Positions 37,148-46,217 of a stretch of DNA of 64,000 nucleotides are shown here, in pieces. Every line of letters begins with the position of its first letter. Positions within the stretch are counted from its first letter, which is position 1. A program made the translations under genes and the position numbers. The notes beneath the pieces were generated by a model. That model ran no database searches and was not told the DNA's origin. It worked only from the letters and a program-made list of their open reading frames with translations. Location: positions 1-64,000 of the forward strand of contig CAVYCN010000010.1 in the NCBI GenBank assembly GCA_963767005.1. Direction: 5' to 3'. The DNA is from an uncultured Actinomycetes bacterium. Its GTDB lineage: Bacteria; Actinomycetota; Thermoleophilia; UBA2241.

Positions 37148-38584
37148 ATGCAGACACGAGTCCAGGTGCTGTCCGACGATGAGCGGGCCCAGGTCCACGA
37201 GCGCACGCTGGCGGTGCTCGAGCGTATCGGCGTGCGCTGCGACACGGCCGAGGGCCGCCGCATCCTCGCCGAGGCCGGCGCGCAGGTCGACGAGCAGACT
37301 CGCATGGTGCGCTTCCCGGCCGAGCTGGTCGAACGCTCGCTGGCGGCCGCCGGCCGGCGCTGCGCGCTCGGCGGCCGGCGCCCCGGATGGAGCTTCGCTC
37401 TGAACGAGGGCGGCCACACGCTGCTCGCCGACGGCGGTGCCACCAGCGTGTTCGACCTCGCGGCCCGGCAGCGCCGCCCGGCGACCCACGACGACTGGCT
37501 CGCGGCGACGCGCCTGCTCGACGCCCTCGACGACGTCGGCCTGTACTGGTGCCCCACCGAGTACGCCGCCGACTACGAGGAGCCGGCCGGCTTCGTGCGC
37601 TACTTCGTCGACGTCTTCTCGACCTTCAGCAAACACGTGCAGGACTCGTTCGGCACGCCCCAGCTCACGCCCTGGCTCAAGGAGATCCTCGACATCGTCT
37701 TCGGCGGTCGCGAGCGCGTGCGCGAGCTCGCCCCGCTGTCGTTCCTGATCACGCCGGCCTCGCCGCTCACCATCGAGCGCGACTACACCGACGCCTGGCT
37801 CTCGCTCGCCGACTACGGGCTGCCGGTGGCAATCATGCCGATGCCGCTGCAGGGCGCCACGGCGCCCGGCAGCCGCCTGGCCACGATCCTCACGGCCAAC
37901 TGCGAGACGATCGCCACCCTGTGCCTGGTCCAGGCGGCGGCGCCCGGCACCGCGGTGATCTACGCGCCGGTGATCGCCACCATGGACCCGCGTACCGGCC
38001 TCTACGCCGGCGGCGCGATCGAGCACGCCGTGATCTGCGCGGCGGGCACCGAGATGGCGCGCTTCTACGACCTGCCGGCCGAATCGTCGGGTTTCTGCAC
38101 GCAGACGTTCGCGCCCGACCTGCAGACCGCCTGGGAGAAGGCCAACGGCGGCCTGCTCGTGACGCTCTCCGATCCCGACATCCTCGTCGGGCCCGGCCTG
38201 CTCGGTGGCGCGACCGTGCTCAGCCTCGAGCAGATCGTGCTCGACGTCGTGGAGTGGCGCCTGGCCTGCCAGGCGCGCACCGGCGTGCCCGTGCGCGACG
38301 AGCTGTGGCTCGACGACGTGCTCGGCGCGGTCGGTCCGGGCGGCTCGTTCCTCGGCGAGCGCTCCACGCGGGTCAACGCCCGCGCCGGCGAGTGGCTCCT
38401 GAGCGATTTCGGCGTGTACGGCGGTCACGACGCCTGGCGGGCGGCGGGCGCGCCGAGCACGCTCGATTACGCCCACCGCAAGGTCGGCGAGATCCTCGAC
38501 GCTCACCGCACGCTGCCCCTCGACGACGACACAGTCGCGGCCCTCGCCGCCGTCCAGAAGCGGGCCGACGCGGCGACGTCGTAG
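37148..38584 (+). CDS. mttB: Trimethylamine methyltransferase (MttB) superfamily protein, non-pyrrolysine
   Basis: VHERTLAVLERIGV, SPL, GATAP, PDLQTAWEK, SLEQIVLD, VGPGGSFL; no in-frame TAG. Confidence 0.9.
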   Translation: MQTRVQVLSDDERAQVHERTLAVLERIGVRCDTAEGRRILAEAGAQVDEQTRMVRFPAELVERSLAAAGRRCALGGRRPGWSFALNEGGHTLLADGGATSVFDLAARQRRPATHDDWLAATRLLDALDDVGLYWCPTEYAADYEEPAGFVRYFVDVFSTFSKHVQDSFGTPQLTPWLKEILDIVFGGRERVRELAPLSFLITPASPLTIERDYTDAWLSLADYGLPVAIMPMPLQGATAPGSRLATILTANCETIATLCLVQAAAPGTAVIYAPVIATMDPRTGLYAGGAIEHAVICAAGTEMARFYDLPAESSGFCTQTFAPDLQTAWEKANGGLLVTLSDPDILVGPGLLGGATVLSLEQIVLDVVEWRLACQARTGVPVRDELWLDDVLGAVGPGGSFLGERSTRVNARAGEWLLSDFGVYGGHDAWRAAGAPSTLDYAHRKVGEILDAHRTLPLDDDTVAALAAVQKRADAATS

Positions 38585-38633
38585 GTCCGTCGCGCAAGGC
38601 GGCCGCCGGGCGGCCGCCGGCAAGGAGGAGGAC

Positions 38634-40079
38634 ATGGCGCAGGCGCGGTTCCGGTTCCTCGACGACGGCGACAAGCACGCCCTGCACGAGCAGACGATGC
38701 GGGTGCTGACGCAGGCGGGGGTGGCCTTCAACGTCCCCGAGGTGATCGACCTGCTGGCCGACGCGGGCGCGCGGGTCGACCGCGAGCGGCTCGTCGCATA
38801 CCTTCCGGAGGAACTCGTCCGAGCGACGCTCGAGCTCACGCCGCGCGAGGTCCTGCTCGCCGCGCGCGATCCGGCGCGCGACGTCGTCGTGGGCGGCGGC
38901 CACCCGCTGTCGGTGTGCAGCGACGGCACGGCGACCTATCTGCTCGACGACGAGACCGGAGAGCGCCTGCCGGGCACGGCCGAGCGGCTCCGCCTGGTCA
39001 TGCGCCTGCTCGACGCGCTGCCGCAGTGCGACTACGTTTGGCCCTCGCTTTCGGCGCGCGACCTCGACCCGCTGACCGCCAACCTCGAGATCGAGTACAT
39101 CTCCCTCGTCGAGTGCGCCAAGCATCTGCAGGACGAGGTGCGCGGCCCGGAGTTCGTCGCACCGCTCGTCGACCTGCTCGAGGCGGTGGCCGGCGCGTCG
39201 CTCAAGGAGCGGCCCATCTTCTCGTCGATCAACTGCACGGTCGCGCCGCTGCAGCACGACGCCGATATGACCAAAGCCACGCTGGGCCTCGCCCGGGCGG
39301 GTGTGCCGATCATCGTCATGCCGATGCCGCTCATGGGCACGACCGCGCCGGCGAGCGTGATGGGCAACTGCGTCGTGACCATGGCCGAGATCCTCTCGAC
39401 GGTCGTGTTCCTGCAGCTCGCGGCCCCCGGCTGCGCCCTGATCGCCGCGCCCGAGCCGGGCGTCGCCGACCTGCGCAGCGGCGGCTACCTGTGCGGGGCG
39501 CCCGAGGCCGACCTCGCGAGCCTCGCCAGCATCGAGATGTGCCGCTTCTACGGCCTCCCGAGCCAAGTCGGCGGCCTCGGCGGCGACGCCCTCTACCCCG
39601 ACCTGCAGGAGGGCGCCGAGGGCATGGCGTCGGCGCTCCTCGGGGCGCTCGTAGGGGCCGACTCGATGGTGGGCTTCGGCACGCTCGACGGCGCCGAGAC
39701 CTTCAGCCTGGCCGACGCCGTGCTCGACGACGACCTGATGGCCGCCGCGCGCCGCTACCTGGGGACGAGTCCGGTCGACGGCGCGACGGCCCTCGTCGAC
39801 GACATCATCGAGGTCGGTCCCGGCGGCCACTACCTGAGCCGGCGCTCGACGCGCACGGCGGCCCGCGCGGGCGTGCTCTGGAGCCCTTCCGTGCTGCGCC
39901 GCGGACACGGGCAGGGCGGCGACCCGCGCGCGCTCGTACTCGAGGCAGCCGAGCGGGCGGCGGAGATCCTAGAGAGCCACCGCGCGGCGCCGCTCGACGA
40001 CGACGTCGTGCGCTACGTCGAAGACGTCATCGCCCGCTACGCGCGCCTCGCGGACGCGCCGCCGCCGGCGCGCGCGTAA
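38634..40079 (+). CDS. mttB: Second MttB superfamily protein, non-pyrrolysine
   Basis: LHEQTMRVLTQAGV, GTTAPASVMG, AEILS, PDLQEGAE, VGPGGHYL; AAGGAGG SD. Confidence 0.9.
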   Translation: MAQARFRFLDDGDKHALHEQTMRVLTQAGVAFNVPEVIDLLADAGARVDRERLVAYLPEELVRATLELTPREVLLAARDPARDVVVGGGHPLSVCSDGTATYLLDDETGERLPGTAERLRLVMRLLDALPQCDYVWPSLSARDLDPLTANLEIEYISLVECAKHLQDEVRGPEFVAPLVDLLEAVAGASLKERPIFSSINCTVAPLQHDADMTKATLGLARAGVPIIVMPMPLMGTTAPASVMGNCVVTMAEILSTVVFLQLAAPGCALIAAPEPGVADLRSGGYLCGAPEADLASLASIEMCRFYGLPSQVGGLGGDALYPDLQEGAEGMASALLGALVGADSMVGFGTLDGAETFSLADAVLDDDLMAAARRYLGTSPVDGATALVDDIIEVGPGGHYLSRRSTRTAARAGVLWSPSVLRRGHGQGGDPRALVLEAAERAAEILESHRAAPLDDDVVRYVEDVIARYARLADAPPPARA

Positions 40080-40096
40080 GGCACGCGCACGGCATC

Positions 40097-40126
40097 GGGG
40101 CGGGCCGGCGGGAGCCGGCCCGTCCC
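40097..40126 (+). terminator. GC-rich hairpin after the mttB pair
   Basis: GGGGCGGGCCGGC-GGGA-GCCGGCCCGTCCC; no U tract. Confidence 0.55.
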
Positions 40127-40315
40127 TCAGCGGGCGCGCGCCCACGCAGGCGGGGCGCTCCGACACGACGGGGCAGAACCGCGCGGACGGTGCCGCGACG
40201 CAGGCGGACTGGCTTGGTGGTAGGCTGTCGGGCAGTCGTCTGACCACTGACATCGCCGCGGTGAGGTGGTCGCCGCGCGCACGAGCACGAGCGACAGCGT
40301 GAGCAAAGGAGGCCG

Positions 40316-41533
40316 ATGCCGAGCCAACTGATCGAGGCCATGGACCGTGCCATCGACGAGATGGGGCGCCTGCCCGAGAAGGCGGTCCAGGTCTTTCACC
40401 ACAACGACTCCGACGGCCTCACGTCGGGCGCCATCCTGACCCGGGCGTTCGAGCGGGCGGGCTTCGCCGTGCGGCGCTACTGCCTCGAGAAGCCCTATCC
40501 GGCCGTGCTCGAGAGGGCCTTCCGTCAGGAGGGCAAGCTGCTCGTCTTCGCCGACTTCGCCGGCCGCATCGCGCCGCTGCTGTCCAACCTGAACCGGGGC
40601 CGCAACCTGACCCTCATCCTCGACCACCACGTCGCCGAGCCCGCGACCGAGCCGCGCGTCGTGAACCTCGACCCCGACCTCTTCGGGCTCAAGGGCGACC
40701 GCGACATCTCGGGCTCGACCACCTGCTACCTGTTCGCACGCACGATGGACCCGGCCAATCGCGACCTCGCCGCGGTGGCCGCCATCGGCGCGGTCGGCGA
40801 CGGCTTCTTCGTCGACGGCGCCCTTGTGAGCGAGAACCGCGAGGTCGCCCTCGAGGCGGTGCGTCAGGGTCGCGTCGAGATCCGGCCGCGCGAGCGCGGC
40901 GAGCTGTATCTGTGGAACGGGCCCGAAGGTCAGCGCGACGTGGTCGCCGTCGGCGACGACCTCGACGTGCTGGGCGGCGTGGGCTACTACCAGGGCGGCC
41001 CCGACCTGGGCGTCTCGGTCTGTCTCGACGGCGTCTCGCCCGAGTCCGACCGCACGGTCGCCGAGCTCAAGGCGGTGCGCGAGAAGATCTTCGACGCCGA
41101 GATCGCGCGCCTGCGCGACGGCGGTCTGCGCCAGGCGCCTCACATCCAGTGGTTCAACGTGGAGCGTCGCCTGTTTCCGATGGGCGTGAAGATGGTGGGC
41201 GCCTTCTGCGACGCCATCAGGGTGACCGACCTGATCGACCCGACCAGGTATCTCGCCGGCTTCCAGGTGATCCCCGACGAGATCCCCGGCTTCGGCCGCA
41301 TCAGGTTCGATCAGGTGAAGGTCTCCATGCGCGTCTCGCCGGCCATGGAAGAAGAGATCAGGGCGGGGCGGGTCATGGGGCTGAGCGTGCTGCTGCCCGA
41401 GGCCACCGGCCGGCTCGGGGGGTTCTCCGACGCCTGCCACAGCCTGACGGCGGCCACCATCGTGGCGATCGGCCAAGAGGAGCGGCTGATCGAAGAAATG
41501 GAAGACATCTTGAAGGGTGAAGCGCATGGCTGA
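40316..41533 (+). CDS. DHH family phosphoesterase
   Basis: HHNDSDGLTS, FADF, ILDHH, ISGS, IGAVGD; AAGGAGG SD; upstream TGgTAGGCT extended -10 at 40218-26. Confidence 0.88.
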   Translation: MPSQLIEAMDRAIDEMGRLPEKAVQVFHHNDSDGLTSGAILTRAFERAGFAVRRYCLEKPYPAVLERAFRQEGKLLVFADFAGRIAPLLSNLNRGRNLTLILDHHVAEPATEPRVVNLDPDLFGLKGDRDISGSTTCYLFARTMDPANRDLAAVAAIGAVGDGFFVDGALVSENREVALEAVRQGRVEIRPRERGELYLWNGPEGQRDVVAVGDDLDVLGGVGYYQGGPDLGVSVCLDGVSPESDRTVAELKAVREKIFDAEIARLRDGGLRQAPHIQWFNVERRLFPMGVKMVGAFCDAIRVTDLIDPTRYLAGFQVIPDEIPGFGRIRFDQVKVSMRVSPAMEEEIRAGRVMGLSVLLPEATGRLGGFSDACHSLTAATIVAIGQEERLIEEMEDILKGEAHG

Positions 41534-42458
41534 GGGACGCGGCTGCGGCAAATCGATCCTGATCGGCGACCAGTTCGTGCTCGACGAGGTGCCGGCGATC
41601 GTGTCGGCGCTGCCGTACGAGACGGTGACGACGGTCGAGCGCGTCACGGGCGACGGCTGGGCGCTCCAGGACGACCGCATCGAGGTGCCGGGCTACAAGG
41701 AGCGCAAGCGCGAGCAGCAGGGCCGCTCCATCGACCGCATCCTCGACGTGATGGGCATCGACGCTCACGCGACGCCGCTGCGGATCAGGATCGGCGGCAC
41801 GCTGCTCGCCGGCAGCGGCGTGGGCGCGAGCGCGGCGTCGTGCGTGTCGCTGGCTCGCGCCGTCGACGCGGAGTTCGCGCTCGGTCTATCTACCTCTGAG
41901 ATCAACCGCGTCGCCTGGCAGGGCGAGTTCCCGTACCACGGCGTGGCCAGCGGCGTCGACAACACCGCCTCGACCTACGGCGGCCTGCTGCGCTTCTGGC
42001 TCGAGGGCCAGGAGCAGCACTTCGAGCGCGTCGCCTGCCCACGGCCCTTCGAGATCGTGCTCGCCAACAGCGGCGTCACCGTCAACACGGCAGCGCTCGA
42101 CCAGTTCATCGACGAGCAGAAGACGGGCGATCCCGCGCTCTTCGCCCGGCGCCTGGCCACCATCACCGCGCAGGTGGGCGAGATGAAGACGGCGCTCGAG
42201 GCCGGCGACCTGCCGACCGTCGGGCGCATCATGAGCGACAACCACAGCCTGCTGATCGACATGGGCATGTCGCACGAGACCGTCGACCACCTCTGCGCGA
42301 CGGCGCGCGAGAACGGCGCCCTCGGCGCGAAGGTCACCGGCGGCGGGCGGGGCGGCTACATGGTCTCGCTGACGCCCGGAGTCGAGCTCCAGGACAGGGT
42401 CGCCGGCGCCTTCGAGCGCGCGGGCTACAAGGTCATCCGCGCGACGATCGGCGGCTGA
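41526..42458 (+). CDS. Mevalonate-kinase-like GHMP kinase with divergent motif I
   Basis: GKSILIGDQFVL, AGSGVGASAA, HGVASGVDNTASTYGG, GAKVTGGGRGG; start overlaps the DHH gene end. Confidence 0.8.
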   Translation: MAEGRGCGKSILIGDQFVLDEVPAIVSALPYETVTTVERVTGDGWALQDDRIEVPGYKERKREQQGRSIDRILDVMGIDAHATPLRIRIGGTLLAGSGVGASAASCVSLARAVDAEFALGLSTSEINRVAWQGEFPYHGVASGVDNTASTYGGLLRFWLEGQEQHFERVACPRPFEIVLANSGVTVNTAALDQFIDEQKTGDPALFARRLATITAQVGEMKTALEAGDLPTVGRIMSDNHSLLIDMGMSHETVDHLCATARENGALGAKVTGGGRGGYMVSLTPGVELQDRVAGAFERAGYKVIRATIGG

Positions 42459-42463
42459 GGCCC

Positions 42464-42509
42464 GCTGGGCGAGGGCGGGGCCGGCGCGCCGGCCCCGCCC
42501 TCGCCCAGC
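42464..42509. terminator. Perfect 46-bp palindrome directly after the kinase stop
   Basis: gctgggcgagggcggggccggcg|cgccggccccgccctcgcccagc. Confidence 0.65.
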
Positions 42510-42652
42510 CGCTCGGCCCCTGCCGCGGCGCTGCGACCGCCCCGGGCGGCGGCGCGGCCGACGTTAGCCGGGGTCGCGTCGCGGGCAGGAGCGGGGGAGG
42601 TCGCGGGCCGGTCGGCGTTGAAGAACGCGGGCGAGGCGGCGGCCGCCGTGGA

Positions 42653-43948
42653 GTGAGCCGGTCCGCCGGGAACGGGCGCATCCGAGGAGTCGCGACCATC
42701 GCCACATCACCGCCGCTCGAGAACGCCTTGATCGGTCGGGTGCGGTGCCGCGCGCGGCTGTTCCCGAGTCAGTTCTGGCTGCTCGTCGCCGGTACCTTCG
42801 TGTTCCTGCTCGGCTACGAGATCGGCTACCCGTTCGAGACCGTCTACCTCCACACGCACCTGGGCGTCTCGATGACGGCGATCGGCCTGATCCTCGGCCT
42901 GCCGATCCTGGCCGGACTCCCCCTGCAGATCGTCGGCGGCGCCGTCGCTGATCGCTTCGGGCGCAAGGTCGTGCTCGTCACGGCGGTCTGCGCGGCGATC
43001 GTCCTGTTCGGCGGGCTGGCCGTCGCGACCGACGTGCGGCAGGCGGCGGCGATCATCGCGGTCGAGGCGATGTTCGGCTGGGCGATGTTCCTCACCGCCG
43101 ACAACTCGATGCTCGCCGACCTCACGCCGCCCGCCAGGCGTGGCGACGCGTACGGGATCAGCCGCACGGCGATGAACGCCGGCATGGTCGCCGGCCCGCT
43201 CGTGGCGGCGCTGCTGCTCGGCGCCGGCCTCGGCTACCGCGGCCTCTTCACCGTCGGCGCACTGGTCTGCTGCGTGTTCCTGGCGCTCGCCCTTGCCTTT
43301 CTCAGGGACTCGCGTCCCGCCGACTCCGGCCTGCGGCCGGAGGGCTCGTCGCCGACCGACACGACGCTTGCCGGCTACCGCGTCGTCTTCGGCGATCGCC
43401 GTTTCGTGACGTTCTGCGCGGTCGCCCTGCTGCCGCTCTACGGCTTCGGCCAGATCTACGTCACGCTGCCCATCCTGCTGCACACGAGCGTCGGCGTCAC
43501 CTCGGCGCAGTGGGGCCTGCTCGCGGCGCTCTACGCGGGCTGCGGCGTGCTCTGCCAGTATCCGGTCGTGCGGCGCACGCGACGGCTCGACAAGCTGCGC
43601 GTGCTCGCGCTCGCCAGCGTCTGTATCGGCGTGGGCATGAGCGGCGCGGCGTTCGCGCCCCGCGGGGTCGGTACCGCCGTGTGCGTCGTGCTCGTGAGCG
43701 CCGGCTCGATGCTGCTCGTGCCGATCGCCGCGGCCTTCGTCTCGCAGATGGCGCCCGTCGAGCTGCGCGGCCGCTACATGGGTGCCTGGACGCTCGTGTG
43801 GGAGGGCGGCGCGGCGCTCGCGCCGATCTTCGGCGGCCTGCTGCTGGACCATCTCGGCAGAGCCTCGTACCTCGTGCTGCTCGCCGTCTGCCTGCTCGGC
43901 GCGGCGCTGTTCGGGACACTGCGGGTCCGCTGGCCGGCCGCTGACTGA
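42653..43948 (+). CDS. MFS transporter; start uncertain
   Basis: GGAVADRFGRK motif A, 12 TM, APVELRGRYMG. Confidence 0.9.
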   Translation: MSRSAGNGRIRGVATIATSPPLENALIGRVRCRARLFPSQFWLLVAGTFVFLLGYEIGYPFETVYLHTHLGVSMTAIGLILGLPILAGLPLQIVGGAVADRFGRKVVLVTAVCAAIVLFGGLAVATDVRQAAAIIAVEAMFGWAMFLTADNSMLADLTPPARRGDAYGISRTAMNAGMVAGPLVAALLLGAGLGYRGLFTVGALVCCVFLALALAFLRDSRPADSGLRPEGSSPTDTTLAGYRVVFGDRRFVTFCAVALLPLYGFGQIYVTLPILLHTSVGVTSAQWGLLAALYAGCGVLCQYPVVRRTRRLDKLRVLALASVCIGVGMSGAAFAPRGVGTAVCVVLVSAGSMLLVPIAAAFVSQMAPVELRGRYMGAWTLVWEGGAALAPIFGGLLLDHLGRASYLVLLAVCLLGAALFGTLRVRWPAAD

Positions 43949-44207
43949 GGGGGGCGTGCGCCCGCTCGCGGGGAGCTCGGGGAGCGCCGCTCGGCCGGCC
44001 CCGTGCGACGTATACTCTGCCGGTCCGCCAGCCGATCGCACCATCTGGCCGCAGGACCGATACGTTCGCCCCACCGGCGGTGTCCAAAGGGTCGTGGAGC
44101 TCGTGTGGACAGGGACGCCGACGGTCGGGGCCGCGCTCGTCGAGGCCGACGGCGCCGGGACCGCGGTCGGCGCATCGGGGCGGGGCAGGGGGGCACGCAG
44201 GGTGGAC

Positions 44208-44795
44208 ATGGGGACCGAGGTCGATCCGCTGGTCGTGCGCGCCGCGGCGCGCGGCGACCAGCGTGCCTTCGCCGACATCGTCGAGCTGTACGACGACCGC
44301 CTGCGCGCGCTCGCCTATCATCTGCTGCGCGACGCCGAGGCGACGCGCGACGCCCTGCAGGACGCTTACGTCAAGGCGTATCTGGGCCTGCCGTCGTTTC
44401 GTGGCGAGTCCGGTCTCGGGACCTGGCTCTACCGGATCGTCTACACGACCTGCCTGAACCATCTGCGCAGCGCCGCCCGGCGGCCGCGGCCGGTCGAGCA
44501 GGACGATGACCGGTCGCGGCCGCCGGGCGCGGCGCATCGCGATCACGCCGACGAGGTCCAGGCGGCGCTGGATCTGGCGACGCTGCTGCTTGCCCTGCCG
44601 GTCGAGCAGCGCGCCGCCGTCGTCCTGGTCGACGCCCAGGGTCTCGGCTACGCGCGGACGGCCGCGATCCTGGGCGTGCCGGTGGGAACCGTGGCGTCAC
44701 GGGTGGCCGGGGCGCGCACCAAGCTGCGGGCGGCCCTGTCGGCGGACCGCGAGCAGTCTCGGGCGGGTTCGACGGTCGGGAGGCGAGAGGGATGA
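44208..44795 (+). CDS. ECF RNA polymerase sigma factor
   Basis: GDQRAF, DALQDAYVKAY, FRGESGLGTWLYRI (region 2), LPVEQR...ILGVPVGTVASR (region 4). Confidence 0.93.
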   Translation: MGTEVDPLVVRAAARGDQRAFADIVELYDDRLRALAYHLLRDAEATRDALQDAYVKAYLGLPSFRGESGLGTWLYRIVYTTCLNHLRSAARRPRPVEQDDDRSRPPGAAHRDHADEVQAALDLATLLLALPVEQRAAVVLVDAQGLGYARTAAILGVPVGTVASRVAGARTKLRAALSADREQSRAGSTVGRREG

Positions 44796-46117
44796 GCGAT
44801 CGGAGTGATCGCCACATCGGCGCCGGCGGCGCAGCCGCCGGCGAGGACCGTGACCTGCGGTTGGCGGCGGCGATCGACGACGTGCCGGTGCCGCCCCGTG
44901 ACGACGCGTTCGTCGACGACCTGCTCCGCCGGCTCGAGCACGCCACCGCTCCGGAGCTCAAGCCGCGCGCGTGGCGACCCTTTGCAGGTCGTGGCGCGCG
45001 TCCGCGCCTGTCCGTGGTAGTGGCCGCGGTCGCGGCGGCCGTCGTCGTCGGCGGCGGCGTCGTCTACGGGGCGACCGTCCTGCTCAGGCCGTCGCCTTCG
45101 TTCCGCCAGACCGCCTCCGGATGGCGGCAGGTGCCGCTGAACGCGGCCTGGAGGGCGGCCCTGTCGCGGCGCCTGCCGCTGTCGCGGCACGCGTCGCTCA
45201 CGCCGCTCGCGCTGGCCCACGATGGCCGCAGCTTCTTCGCGGCGATGGACGCGAAGCACTACTCCGGCGTGGTCCGGATCGACGCGGAGAGCGGCCGCGT
45301 GCTGCATATCGCGCGTTTCGCCCATCCGCGCGTCGACCAGGCGAGCGACGGCGCGTTCGACGGACGCTGGCTCGTGTGGGGTGAATCGACGACGCTCCAG
45401 GACCCGAGCGTCTCGAGCGCCTGGTCGTGGGACGCTCGCACGCGACGCCTTCGCAGGCTGCCCGTCGCGTACAGCCGCACAGGCGCGCGCTCGTCGTCTG
45501 AGCCCATCCTCCTGCGGGGTCGCGTCACCTGGACAACGCCCACGGGTCCCCGCGGCGCGAGCGCGGTCCACGTCTTCGATCTGGCGACCGGGCGCGACCG
45601 CGTCGTGTATCGCGGCCGCGCGGACGGCTCGCTGCTGGTCGACGGCGGCCTCGTGCTGTGGTATCGGGCGACGGGTGCGGGCCTGCGCGTGAGCGGCGCG
45701 GCGTCGGTGGCGACGGGAGCGGCCGCGGCCGTGCCCGCCGCCTTCGCCGGCCGGACTCTCGCCGGGCTGTCGACCGACGGCCGGACGGTGGTCCGCACCG
45801 ACATGCACGCGACGTCGCTGTGGTGGTCGGGGTCGCTCCACACGGTTCCGCGCCGCCTGTTCACCGTGGTCACGAACGCGGCGATCGACGACTCCATCCA
45901 GGTCGCCGGCCCGCTCATCTCGTTCGCGGTGGCTCCCCGTGCCTACCTCGCCGACACGAGGCTGCGCCGCTACGTCGAGATCAGCGCGGGCGGCTGGGCG
46001 CTGCTCGACGACGACAGCATGGTGCTGCTCGAGGCGTCGCAGAACAAGCTGGACTCGCGGTACGACGTGGTCTTCGTGCGGCTGTCGTCGCTGCCGCCGC
46101 TCGCGGCGCAGCAGTAG
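44792..46117 (+). CDS. Putative anti-sigma factor: short cytoplasmic N-terminus, one TM, extracytoplasmic beta-propeller-like domain
   Basis: ATGA coupling to the sigma gene; TM VVVAAVAAAVVVGGG; repeats such as DGRWLVW and VFDLATG. Confidence 0.7.
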   Translation: MSDRSDRHIGAGGAAAGEDRDLRLAAAIDDVPVPPRDDAFVDDLLRRLEHATAPELKPRAWRPFAGRGARPRLSVVVAAVAAAVVVGGGVVYGATVLLRPSPSFRQTASGWRQVPLNAAWRAALSRRLPLSRHASLTPLALAHDGRSFFAAMDAKHYSGVVRIDAESGRVLHIARFAHPRVDQASDGAFDGRWLVWGESTTLQDPSVSSAWSWDARTRRLRRLPVAYSRTGARSSSEPILLRGRVTWTTPTGPRGASAVHVFDLATGRDRVVYRGRADGSLLVDGGLVLWYRATGAGLRVSGAASVATGAAAAVPAAFAGRTLAGLSTDGRTVVRTDMHATSLWWSGSLHTVPRRLFTVVTNAAIDDSIQVAGPLISFAVAPRAYLADTRLRRYVEISAGGWALLDDDSMVLLEASQNKLDSRYDVVFVRLSSLPPLAAQQ

Positions 46118-46217
46118 CCGTCGCCGGGCGGGCGACGCCAGGCGGGGTCGGCCTGCCCGCAGGCGCGGCCCGCGCCCGCAGCGCCCGCAGCCGCCGGGAC
46201 CGCCCGCGCGCCTCGGC

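Noticed and set aside
37148-40079. Pyrrolysine recoding in the MttB genes
   Set aside because: Both ORFs are full length without an internal TAG; no pyl genes in the window.
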